From positions 2,290,387 through 2,319,908 of the forward strand of contig CM119267.1 of the NCBI GenBank assembly GCA_051294375.1: a DNA stretch of 29,522 bases. Direction: 5' to 3'. Under the pieces are notes generated by a model that worked only from the letters and a program-made list of their open reading frames with translations, had not been told where the DNA came from and did no database searches. The position numbers were made by a program, and so were the translations under genes. Shown one piece after another: positions 1-10,725 of this stretch (the stretch's first letter is position 1; each line of letters begins with the position of its first letter). Origin of the DNA: Paraspadella gotoi (Eukaryota; Animalia; Chaetognatha).

Positions 1-40
1 ACATTATCAGATAATTATATTAACACTGAATGGACGAAGA

Positions 41-279
41 AAATAAGAGAAAAGAAGAGAAGAGAAAAGAAAAAAAGAAAAAAAAGAAAAGAAAAGAGAA
101 GAAAAGAAAAAAAAAGAAAAGCGAAAAGAAAAGAAAAGAAAAGAAAAGAAAAGAAAAGAAAAGATGAAATGATTTTCCTTTGAAACTGGGGAAAAAGTTA
201 TTAGCAACAAAGACGACGGTGATAATAATGACGACGACGACGACAACAACAAAAACAACAACAACAACAACAACAACAA
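41..279. repeat. (GAAAA)n and (ACG/ACA)n microsatellites
   Basis: Directly visible; runs into an N-gap. Confidence 0.95.
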
Positions 280-797
280 NNNNNNNNNNNNNNNNNNNNN
301 NNNNNNNNNNNNNNNNNNNNNNNNNNNNNNNNNNNNNNNNNNNNNNNNNNNNNNNNNNNNNNNNNNNNNNNNNNNNNNNNNNNNNNNNNNNNNNNNNNNN
401 NNNNNNNNNNNNNNNNNNNNNNNNNNNNNNNNNNNNNNNNNNNNNNNNNNNNNNNNNNNNNNNNNNNNNNNNNNNNNNNGGGTAGAGCGGAGAAGGACGA
501 CGACGACGACCGCAACAACAAAAATATGAGGAAAGGAATTGCCGCTTTAAAAACTTTTCTAAAGGTGAAAAGACATAAAAACTGAGAAACGACTTTTTAC
601 TTTTAGAGTCAAGAAAATTGCAAAGAGTCAAAGACAATAAATGATGCGATCTGAGGTCTGGGTTGAGATGAGATTTTCGGAGGTGAGATCTTCGTGAAAG
701 AATCACAGTCGACGTGAAACTTTTCCAAGAATCGCTGACGATCATTATTGCGATGAAACGAGCAAAAGGTTTCTCTTTGGAGACTAAGAGCTTTCAA

Positions 798-872
798 GGC
801 GCCGAGAAAAAGCGACTTTGGCGCCGAGAAAAAGCGACTTTTGGCGCCGAGAAACAACGACCTCGGCGCCAA
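798..872. repeat. 22-23 bp tandem repeat (GGCGCCGAGAAAAAGCGACTTT) x3 ending in an 11-bp inverted repeat
   Basis: GGCGCC at 798, 820, 843 and 865; TTGGCGCCGAG (841-851) is the reverse complement of CTCGGCGCCAA (862-872). Confidence 0.9.
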
Positions 873-920
873 CCATTCCCCGTCCGGTCTCTCCACTCAC
901 CTTTCCCCCTTCCACGCCCA

Positions 921-932
921 CAAGATGGCGGC
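921..932 (+). promoter_or_regulatory. Perfect YY1/PHO-type motif CAAGATGGCGGC (function unproven)
   Basis: Exact match to the known YY1 consensus; no linked transcription start is visible. Confidence 0.25.
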
Positions 933-1579
933 GGCCATAACGACCTTTCATAGACTCGTTTTCATCAAACTCAGGTGGAAATCGGACGATGATTTATCGA
1001 AAGCGAAACACATTTTCGTCGCCTCATTTTTTCCCAACGAAGTCGCGTCTTGAAGCGTCACTTTCGNNNNNNNNNNNNNNNNNNNNNNNNNNNNNNNNNN
1101 NNNNNNNNNNNNNNNNNNNNNNNNNNNNNNNNNNNNNNNNNNNNNNNNNNNNNNNNNNNNNNNNNNNNNNNNNNNNNNNNNNNNNNNNNNNNNNNNNNNN
1201 NNNNNNNNNNNNNNNNNNNNNNNNNNNNNNNNNNNNNNNNNNNNNNNNNNNNNNNNNNNNNNNNNNNNNNNNNNNNNNNNNNNNNNNNNNNNNNNNNNNN
1301 NNNNNNNNNNNNNNNNNNNNNNNNNNNNNNNNNNNGGGGAAGGAGAAGGGAAGATTAGAGAGGGAGAGGGGTAGAGAGACAGGGGACAGGGAAAAATAAA
1401 GGGAAGATAACGGAGAAAAGAAAAGGGGAAAAAATAAAGGTGGAAAGAAAAGGAGGGACGATAAAGGAAGAAAGAAAAAAAGGAAGGAACTTGAAAACCT
1501 CGAGGTTAAGATTGAGATCATTTGGGTGAAGAGAGAAAGTGAGGAGCAGAGTAGAGGGTAGAAAATGGGAGATGGGAGG

Positions 1580-1731
1580 AAGAAAAGAGAAAAAAGGAAA
1601 AGGAAAAGGGAGGAGGAAGAAAAGAGAAAAAGGAAAAGGTAAAGGGAGGAGGAAGAAAAGAGAAAAAGGAAAAGGAAAAGGGAGGAGGAAGAAAAGAGAA
1701 AAAGGAAAAGGAAAAGGGAGGAGGAAGAAAA
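1580..1731. repeat. 36-bp purine minisatellite, ~4 copies
   Basis: Unit GAAAAGAGAAAAAGGAAAAGGAAAAGGGAGGAGGAA; gives the RKKREKGKGKGR periodicity in the ORF track. Confidence 0.85.
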
Positions 1732-2099
1732 GGAGGAGAGAGAAAATGGGAGAGGAAGAGAGAGAGGAGGGGAGGAAAAAGAGAGGGGAAAACGCAAAAA
1801 GTGGAGTAAAGGAGGGGAGAGGGGAAGAGAAAGAGAGAAAAGGATAGGAGAAGAAAAAGGAAAGAAAATTCTTTTTAAAACAAAAGTAAGGAAAAAGAAA
1901 AAGAAAAAGTTAAATGATGGAGAGAAAAGAAAGGGAGGACGGAATGGGAGTTGTGTCGAGGGAAAGAAGAGAGGAGGAGAGATGAGAGAGAATGAGTGGA
2001 ATGAAAGAGGAAAAAGGTCGTAAGAGTATCTACGTTTGATAATGCAGAGAAGAGAAAGAAAGAGCAGAAGAGCAAAGGAGATGCTTAGAAGAGAGCGAG

Positions 2100-5000
2100 C
2101 TGGGAAAAGTAGAGGATAAATCAGTAAAGTGTAAGAAAAAAGCAGTATATAAAAGCATAAGATAGTTGAAGCCGAAGAGGAAAAAGGCGAAGATCCCCTG
2201 CTGAGGAAATGTTGTATTGAGGACAAGAGGAAAACACAGAAAAAATAAGTGTCAACTGGAACATATATGGGCTTTGAAGCATCATAATTTTTGAGGAATC
2301 TCCTGGACCGAGAGAAAAACAGAGCTCTATACATATTTTCTTAAGTGTAATGAATCTTGGTGATGGCTTGGAAGTGATAAGACGCACAATTTGTTGTTCT
2401 CTATATTCTAGGAATGTTAAATATTGACACTTGAGGTTAAGTTGACGCTGTTACTATAGAGTAGTTTGAGTGGTTACACAATGTAAGTGTATGGGAGGGA
2501 GGGGAGTGATTGAGAGAATGGGAGAAACAACAGGATTTTTATGAAAATAGGGTCAGAGAGAGAGAGGAGAAGGCCAGAAACCGGAGACGAATGAGTGATC
2601 GGAGGAGCTGTATGTAAAATGAGTAAGCAAAGAAGCGAGCCATGATGACAATGAGAGAGAGACGAGGCGTCAGAGAAGTGAATGAGTAGACGGACGAAGC
2701 AGAGAGAATGAAGGGATGATGTACACAGTTATAGAACTAAGAAAATTAAAGAAGAGAGAAGAGGCCGAGGAGAGAGAGAGAGATAAAAAAAAACGGGCGA
2801 TAAATTTAATTAATTTTACCGGGGGTCTGTCTGAGGGAAAACATGTCCGTCTTATACAAAATAAATCAGAGTTAGTTATTATAGAAAAATTTTAAACGTA
2901 TCCACATATGAGCTAGTCTAAAACCACGTACGAATCGAAAGTGAAATTCAACAGATGTCTCTTAATTAATATTTATATTATAAGTTAGAGTTGCGTGTCA
3001 ATCGCAAAAAAACCATAGTCGACTTTTAAGTAAGGGCTAGATCATACTCGAGGTTATCAAATGTGAGCCATCCACATATTAGTCGTCCATCACATGGGTA
3101 GAATCAATCGACAACGAATCAGTTTAAAAGATCCAGTTTTTCTTTTAGATTTTTAAGTCAATTTTATGTGTATAATAAATCGGACAAGATATAGGAGGGT
3201 TAAAAAAAACATAATAAAGAGGAAAGGACAGAAATAAAAGTACAACAAATTTAAGAGGTATCGGTAACATCTTCTATTTATCGATTGTTTCGGTTCCTTT
3301 TCGGTTACAGCGGTTTTAAACACTACCACCGATTTGCACGGTATTCACTTTTTCCTTTTTTCCACGAATGGGATTAGCATTAACGGGATGGTATTTCGTC
3401 ACTTACCCGACCCTGTTTTTGGCACGTGATTGAAAAAACCGTAACCGGTCTCGAATTCTTTGGATCTTTTTTCTGTTAAATGTGTTATCGCGGTCTCTAT
3501 GACCCGTACTCGAGTTATTGAAACTATATTTTGCTTTTATAAATTAATTAATTGTATTATCTCTTCTCGCGCCGAATTGGCGTTGACCAGCGTAGATAGG
3601 AAAGGGCTCGTACAAAAGCCGAAACCTGTTGTTACGTTCAAATTGGAAAAAAAGAAAAATCGTAATAAAATAAAGTTTCAAACGACGTCTTAGTAATGGA
3701 GGTCAAATTATCAATTGAAATTAATAGTAAGAAGCAGGTTGGGAGTCCGCTTGAAATACAGGGACAGCGGCGATTTCGCGACTTCAACAGAAATTGACTG
3801 AACCTCAGTCCCCGTTTGGAAATCACCCCCGTGGCGTTTTCGAAAGTGGGCCGTCTCCGTGCATTTCTCTATTAGTTCCGTTTCCCGCCGATCTGATAGT
3901 AACGCCCCCTTTAAACTACCTCACGTATTCGGGTATCAATTTTTGAGCACGAAGCAAGACTGAATATCAGACGCCGAGATTGAAGTATAGAAGAGGGGAA
4001 GAGGTATTAAGACGCACGACGTATATGAGAAAAAGTTAAGGAAAATATTAAATGTACATAAGAGATGAGAGAATTATATATATTGAACAGTGTATGTAGT
4101 CAGTGAAGTATATGAGTATGACGATGTATGAGAAAGAGAGCAACATTGAGAGAGAGATTGGATTGAGTGATTTGAAATTTTGTTAGAGCTTGAGTCTTAT
4201 TCTGGATTTCTTTTAAAACCATCTTAAACGGAATGAGTGAATTCGGGAGCTGTTATAATTACGAACACAGGGACGGGAGAGGACGGCCGAAATCCTTACC
4301 CACTCCGAAATGTTGGTATATTTAAATGTACCATGTAAGATTGGAAATCCCAGTTAATTGGAGGCCACGATTTCCCATTCCCACGTACCTTTGCCGCCTG
4401 TAAATATTAAGATGTTGACACCGATGGCTATCATAATATCATTATTAAGATATAGGTAGCTTAAACAATCACATTTTTGATTAAGAATAGAGAAAATGAA
4501 TAAATTTTATATGATTAAATATCTTGTTAATAAGTTACACCACAAACAATTACGCCACGAGTGAAGTGGCACAGCTTTAAAGAAAACATATCTCAACCAT
4601 CGAGTTTTAGTTTATATTTTTTATTATATCCCTTGAGTTCTAAAAAACAAAAAGGCACGATTAAGTTCGAGTTTTTTTTTCCACGTGCGCCATTGTCTAA
4701 AGATTATTTTTCCCGAGCTATTTGTACGAATAAAGACTTTTGATCTGAAGGCACAAAAGCTGATTGATGCGTCTGGACGATTCGTTTTGAGTATTGGTCT
4801 AACCGAGAAGATTCCTCTCTCGATCCTCCTCTGATCTAAACTTAAGCTGTAATACTTTAAACACCGCCTTTTCCGCCCGCAATTTAACCAATAAACCGTT
4901 CCAGAGCGATATCGACAAAAGGAGACTAGAAATATACAGAATAAGCTATAATAAAACAAAGCGTCTTCTATGCGTGAGTCACACTCAAAAATCACTTGCT

Positions 5001-7170
5001 ATCTAGGTGAACATTAAACTATTGCAATAAATACAATTTTTGATATTTCTTACTGTCTTTCCCTTAATCGTTTCTCTTTCTCTCCTACTGTTTTTCATTT
5101 TAAACCGTTGTATTATCTTATCCTACTGTTAACAAAATAAAAAAACTATAATCAGGTGTGTTATTTTAATCAAGATTGAGATACACATAAAGTTTTAGAT
5201 TTACCTTAAAAGAAATTGGACGGTATAGATAGAAGGAGAGAGACAGACGACAAAATGAGAGAAGTAGTAGGAAAGTCAACTAACAGAAAAACAGGACGAT
5301 TAATTTTGAGGAGCATTGTGGAAGAGAGGACGAATAAACTAACGTAAGCGAGAGTTAAAAAAGTATTGAAAAAGCAAACACAGAAGAGACACGAAGACTT
5401 CACGTCTAAAAAACGAGAACTCAAGCGAGCCACTTTGAGTTCCCCAACCAAACGGCAACCAGCGGGAAAACCTCAAATTCATAAACATCGTCCCGATCAA
5501 TTTTCGGACAAAGTCGATCGTCAACAGTGAGCGAGGCGACGGATAAGGAATAGAGGCCGACGCAAAGCGCCGCTTAGACCCGCTCTACACTGTGACAAAA
5601 CCTCCTAAAGCACCAAAGCGCCTAAATTTCCGTGAGCGTAAAACGGTCCGTCGGCGTTAAATGCATCCCGAGCTCCTGGCGTCAGGCGACGCCGATCGTC
5701 GTCTTCGCCCCTAGTAGCCCGTCCGCCCCTATCCTGCTTCCCGTTCCGCCTTCCGAAGGTGCCAAGTCCGGCCTAGTACCTGAGACGGCTTCGGAAAGGA
5801 GGACGCCCGGTTCGAACACCGAGTCGTCGTCTCTGCCGCCGGTATGTTCCCCCGAGATTCCCACGAGATTAATTCAACGGTTCGAGGAATGTTTCTGCGA
5901 ATAATTACCCCTCTATTCGAACTCTCTGCTGTTTCGAGCCAAACAAAGTACATCACCAGCTGTCCGAGGGCCAAAAGGTTATTTCTTTTTTCTTCTGTTC
6001 GCCTTTACATTAGCATTCGCATTATGCTGTCGAATCGCAGTGATAACTGACAATTACCGATTGAGATTGATACCTGTGAAATCGGAGTCGATTGCCGGAC
6101 AAACGAAAAGAAAACTCTATGTGAACGAAAATAAGCATGTAAGATCACACCGTTTTAAGAAGATTAGCAAAACGCGTACAAACTACGTGACTGCTGCTCA
6201 AAAGAACTTTACTCGTACTCGAGAGTTGAAGTGAAGTGAATTACATTTGACGAGGACCCCGAACAATGCTGGCAGCTAATTGGGTTCTTCTTTGAAATCT
6301 CAATTCGATTCCACAGAAAATTGTTCCTCGTTTGGCGTTGGAACAGCGAGCACGCGAGCGAAGTTGGATCTCCAAAAAGGCTTTTCCGAGTGGTTTGTCT
6401 TTTATTGCGGTGGATTATTCGTGAAAATGTACGAGTATCGGGGGCTCTCCGAATAAAGGGAATGTCGCGTGAGTCTCTAAGGAAGTGAATGGCGTAGGAT
6501 AGGGTGGAGAAAGAATGAACTGGGACACGAGTGTAATGGAGAGAAATTTGCAGAGAGAACATAGGAGAAAATTTTACACAATATGGATTGAGTTGGATGG
6601 CGTAATTAGACAGTAGAGTAGCGTATTTACTGAAATATAAATCTGAGATATTATAGGCATATGTAATTCCACTTCAATAATGTTTAACTGTGAGATCACG
6701 GTTGGTCTGAAAGAAAGATCGCACTAAACTTACAGTGGTGATTAGGAACTGATGCGTTTTTTTTTCTATAATTTTCATCTTTAATTTGTCGGAAATAACG
6801 ATTTTTATTGTTATATTATAAATATGGCTAATAAAAATAGGGCAAACATATATAAGTTTATGATAATCAAATATTAATTTTTTTTAAAATTACATGAGCC
6901 TTTTTGAAAATATAAAAAATATAGACCTATAAAATATTTTGGTAAGTTTATTCTCAATTTTACTGGTTTTATTAATACGTTAAGTTTAGGTATATTTATT
7001 AAATATTTATAACATAAAATTAGGCTAAAGTTAAAAAAAATATAAAAAATTTTAAAATTTTTATCCCCGGATTCGCATCCTTGCAAAAGTTGATATAAGA
7101 AAATATAATTTTTAATTAAAAATTTATGTCATTAAGTTAGTCAAATTTTAAAAGAAAAAAAAATATAATT
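2100..7170. other. Interleaved mosaic of three downstream segments; probable assembly/consensus chimera
   Basis: Colinear exact anchors to 10.8-12.3 kb: 2172-2187=10834-10849, 2787-2800=11155-11168, 4277-4288=11335-11346, 4542-4553=11656-11667, 5315-5325=11908-11918, 5433-5444=11971-11982, 6482-6500=12232-12250. Shorter anchors to 8.6-10.4 kb and inverted anchors to 7.2-8.3 kb are also present. Confidence 0.75.
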
Positions 7171-7590
7171 TTAAGCCAAAAAAAATAAAATTAAACAAAA
7201 TTAACAGTTTTTAACATTTTTAAACACAACTTAATGAAGACTTTGTTAAAATGGATTTTACTTTTCCTTTTATATCAAACCTTTTGCAAGGAAATTCAAG
7301 TCCGTTTTAAAAAATTTTAAAATATTATTTTTTTTCACTTTAGGCTATTTTTAAACTACTAATTATAATAAATATAGTTAAACAAAAACTGAAAAAAATT
7401 AAAATTTATAAATACTTACCAAAAATTATTTTTAATGGGTCTTTAATTTTCATTATATAAGCTAAGAATCTGACCTTTAATAAAATTTTAATAAAATTTT
7501 AGTTTCTTCATCTTGCATACAAATGGATACCATTTTAATAGCACTTATAAATGCTTCCAAAAAATCCCACTGGCGCGACAAAGGAAGATG
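6780..7590. repeat. Large imperfect inverted repeat (fold-back) centred near 7183
   Basis: Reverse-complement pairs 7129-7138/7228-7237, 7079-7089/7281-7291 and 6937-6947/7414-7424. Weaker similarity continues outward to about 5600/8260. Confidence 0.8.
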
Positions 7591-7932
7591 AAACTTTACC
7601 AAAAATGGTTATCATCATCGAATTCTCAGACCTTATTAACATTAAAACCAATAATGAATGAAATTAAATATCTTATTTAATTGTTATCTTTGACGCTCTA
7701 TTAAAAAGCCAGTGAGGGTTTGAAAAAAACTCAGAAAGTTCAGTTTCCGTTGTGAAGCTGCGCGCTTTTAGTTCCACACTAATTATCCTCTCCCAGGAAT
7801 AATGGTATTACACTATAGTATATAACACAAGTATACCTATAAACAGGCTACAAAACAGCCATCTTCAAGCTTCAATCCGTTAAACATTCCCAACATGAAT
7901 ACTTTCCTTACCCTCACTCACTTCCATTTCAG

Positions 7933-8284
7933 CTCAATGCATCGCCCATCGACAGATATATGCGGTCTTCTAACCCTCCCCGAGGGACCCTACGACGGAC
8001 GTTCGGGTCGCCTGGCAACACCTGATGCTGTTCGGCGGCCTCATATTCGGAAGATTCCTCAAAAGTTGCCTCAACAAACTTGCCATTTCGGCCGCTCCCG
8101 CATCCGAACGCCCCCGGCGGCCTCCAGGCGGGCCGGGAACCGGCAAAGCCTCCGTCGGGCTGGAGGGGTTCAGACGAGGCTTTCGTCTCCGACGACCCGA
8201 GCCGACCGGTGGAGGCTTCGTGGTTGCCGATAAAATTCTCGGCGCATTGCGATTAGGATCGGAAGCCGATGCTTGCTTATACTG
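7933..8284 (+). CDS. Lipase exon A (N-terminal part)
   Basis: Pyrimidine tract and TTTCAG acceptor end at 7932; donor GTTAGA at 8285. Contains TACGAC (YD), CTGATGCTGTTC (LMLF), TCATATTCGGAAGAT (SYSED) and TGCCTCAACAAA (CLNK). Ends GCTTATACTG, joining CCGTCTCCCAC to give AYT-AVSH. Confidence 0.7.
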
Positions 8285-10725
8285 GTTAGAAGAGTGGCCC
8301 CGGGCGGAGGAGCCTTAACTTTCGTTCTGTTTCTCGATCAGTCGATCGCCAGTCGATGCTTTTTTTTTTTTTTTTTTAAATAGTAACACTCCCTGAGTTC
8401 TTTTAGCTTTTTTATAATTAATATGCCTATGTCTGTATTTCGTCTCTAAATCGTCTATTTTCCTATTCTTTTTATAAATCCTCGCCATCCCTCTTTTCAT
8501 CTCTTCTCTCTCTTATTCTTCCTCCTAACTCTCAATGTAATTAGTCTCCGTTCTTTCACGTCGACGATCCAATCCAAAATTTCCAAAACATTCCCTCCAC
8601 AGCCGTCTCCCACGAGCTCCGGCCTTGCAATCGCGTCGCCTTCCGCGGGACTTCGTGAACCCTCTGGCTCCACGCAGATGCTCGTCGAGATTCTCGAGAC
8701 GATACTGCGCCAAGGATCGAAGGTGAGGGCCGTGTACAGAGTGAGGTTAGCGAGGGGTCAACCAAGATTCGGGATGAGGACTTACTTAAGAGATAGTAAA
8801 TATTGAAATGGAATCGAATATATGTATTGTTGAAAAAAGGTAATAAAAAAATGGCATTATGCAGTCTCAACGTTTGACGTTTTATGGGCTTCCGACCATC
8901 TATGGCGGGGCCACCTGCAATTGGCTCGATTGCGCCTTCGTTCGTCTCGTGCCATACAAGGGAAGTCCGTTTTGGACTGCAAATTGGACAGAGGCCGACC
9001 AGAGGCAGGCTAGGTTGGGCAGTGCAATATAACGCATTTGTAACCAGTAACAGTTAATGTGGTCACAAGATTCAGGACTTTTTGAATATTGTTATTTTGT
9101 TTTCTTTAAAAGCTCGGAGGAAAAGTCACGATACTTTAGAGCGCTTTCGATGCAACTTTGGCCCAACGCAAAGAAAAGCGTTCAAGGTCTCGTCAAGCAA
9201 AAACCCGGCCGGACTACAAGGTTTTTGTTACAGGTGGGAGAAAAAAAAAAAGATTTAAAAGAAAGAAAAAAAGAGTAGGAAAGAAAAGAAACAAAAGAAA
9301 GAAAGAATGAAAGGAAAAAAAAAAAAGTAAAGAAAGAAAAGGAAATGAGAAATTAATAAAAAGAATAAAGTAATAAAAAAAGAAAAAAGACAACGTAAAA
9401 GGAGAGAAAAAAAAAAGAAGAAAGACCAAAAACCAAAGAAAAAAAAGAAAGTGAGAAATTAAAAAGTAAAGAACAACATAGAAAAATAAAAGAATAAAAG
9501 AGGGAGGAAAGAAAGAAAGAACAGTCAAGAGAAAAAAATAAAGAAAGAAGAAGGAAAAAAAAATGAGAATGAATGATTGAAAGAATAAGTAGAAAAATAA
9601 AAAAAAAAGCGATCCCGCCTTTCCCACCGCCCAGGCCCACTCCTCGGCGGGGCGTTGGCCAACCTCGCGGCCTCCTCTCCTCGGTGGCGGGACGGCGTCC
9701 CTATCATCGTCCTCCCTCCTTTCAAATACACTTTCGGGAGCCGCGGTCGGGAATTTCGACTACGCTTTCAACAAACACGACCTCGAAGTCAACAACGTCC
9801 GTGGGGAGGGTCGTTCATTACAGGTTGAACGCCGTTCAATGAACGGGAAGTCCTGAGTGGAAAACGCAATTTGAGTCTCAGTGTTGAAAAGACGGGTTGT
9901 TTCAGGAATTTTTTAATTTGTTTATTAATGAAAATTTGCAAAATTACTTGTTTCACTATATTATTTTTTTTGGGTAATTTTTATGAAATGTTTAAACTAT
10001 TTAATCTATATTATTTAAATTTTATATATATATTATTTTTTTTTAAAAAATTTACTTATTAATATCTAACTACTATCATTTTGGGAAGGGGGAGGTCAGT
10101 GTTGTCTCTGGAAATGTAACCCTGCGGGTTTTAGAGCTTCTCGCAAATAACATAATGTTTGGATTTAAAAAATTTGTTAACTTATGATTTTTTTAATGAT
10201 TTATTTGTGTTTGAATTTGTCAACTAAAAAAATAAATTGATTATAATTATCCATATAAAACCCTGTGAAATAGACCAATTTTGAACCTAACGAGATAAAT
10301 TTGCGCCCTTTCAACACAGACCTGCGCGCCGTCCACATACCGCAGAGAAACATCGTGCCAACATTCCTCTCTGCTACCGACCCGATCTGCAGCGGGCCCT
10401 TGGGCGGCCTTACAGCAACGGCATCGAGTCTTTTTAACGGTGCCGCGGGGAAGACCGTCTCCTCCTCGCCTTTCTACACCCTCTGCCAGGGATTTGCCCC
10501 AAAACGAGGTAAGTGCTGTCAGCTTGAGGATCGTATGCAGTTGTTGCCACTCTTGTTTTGTGACAACGGTGAAAATCACTTTCTACCTCTAATCAGGACT
10601 TTTTTTCGGCTGCTTCTCGGACGGGCTCCTGCACTTCGCGAGCCTTGGTATCGAACATAAAAACGACTGCATCGATTATCTCGTCCACTCTTTGGAAGGT
10701 TCCCGGTTTTCGCGCTGGGGGCGGG
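7933..10725 (+). CDS. Multi-exon class-3 lipase (alpha/beta hydrolase, Lipase_3-type) gene, 6 visible exons, apparent frameshifts; start exon and stop not located
   Basis: Six GC-richer, C-ending-codon-rich blocks, each bounded by AG and GT. Allowing single-base indels, they give in order: YD..A...LML.AA.SY...PQ.CLNK...AYT|AVSH..I.AFRGT...QMLVEILETIL|LGGKV..YF...PDYKVFVTG|HSLGGALANLAA...YTFGEPRVGNFDYAF.HD..V...WRVVHYR|D...HIP...PY..GIE.F...YTLCQG.PQNE|D..GC.SDGL. The motif order (AFRGT, VTGHSLGGALA, TFGxPRVGN, RVVHxxD, HIP) matches class-3 lipases from memory. Confidence 0.88.
8603..8722 (+). CDS. Lipase exon B (AFRGT motif and lid region)
   Basis: Acceptor TTCCCTCCACAG ends 8602; donor AAG|GTGAGG at 8723. 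GTCGCCTTCCGCGGGACT = VAFRGT; CAGATGCTCGTCGAGATTCTCGAGACGATACTG = QMLVEILETIL. Confidence 0.85.
9113..9233 (+). CDS. Lipase exon C (GGKV...PDYKVFVTG)
   Basis: T-rich acceptor ends AG at 9112; donor CAG|GTGGGA at 9234. CTCGGAGGAAAAGTC = LGGKV; CCGGACTACAAGGTTTTTGTTACAG = PDYKVFVT(G). Confidence 0.85.
9635..9823 (+). CDS. Lipase exon D (GHSLG nucleophile elbow, TFGEPRVGN)
   Basis: Acceptor CCCAG ends 9634; donor CAG|GTTGAA at 9824. GCCCACTCCTCGGCGGGGCGTTGGCCAACCTCGCGGCC reads (G)HSLGGALANLAA after moving one C between two C-runs. TACACTTTCGGGAGCCGCGGTCGGGAATTTCGACTACGCTTTC approximates YTFGEPRVGNFDYAF; AGGGTCGTTCATTACAG = RVVHYR. Confidence 0.9.
10320..10508 (+). CDS. Lipase exon E (catalytic Asp region, HIP, ...CQG.PQNE)
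   Basis: Branch-like CTAAC at 10287, acceptor ACACAG ends 10319, canonical donor GAG|GTAAGT at 10509. GTCCACATACCG = VHIP; GGCATCGAG = GIE; TTCTACACCCTCTGCCAGGGA = FYTLCQG. Confidence 0.85.
10597..10725 (+). CDS. Lipase exon F (C-terminal, probable catalytic His region)
   Basis: 88-bp intron 10509-10596 ends CTAATCAG. Exon reads ...GC(F)SDGLLHFASLGIEHKNDCIDYLVHSLE. GTTAGT at 10726 is a possible donor; the 3' boundary is uncertain. Confidence 0.7.

Noticed and set aside
798-872. CRISPR-like repeats (also considered for the 12.2, 20.2 and 29.1 kb arrays)
   Set aside because: Units are contiguous with no unique spacers, there are no cas genes, and the context is eukaryotic.
1024-2334. Long ORFs such as 436 aa here, 309-366 aa at 24.8-26.0 kb and 410 aa at 28.0-29.2 kb
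   Set aside because: Translations of CT/GA microsatellites and N-gaps (poly L/S/F/X); they stay open only because such tracts lack stop codons.
2400-6800. Hypothesis that this block is reversed or complemented-only (mirror) sequence
   Set aside because: Its anchors match downstream sequence in normal direct or reverse-complement orientation, so interleaving explains the odd texture.
8127-8152. GGPGTGKA resembling a Walker A P-loop in ORF 8025..8318
   Set aside because: It lies inside the indel-affected GC-rich part of lipase exon A, with no preceding hydrophobic strand and no Walker B; treated as chance.
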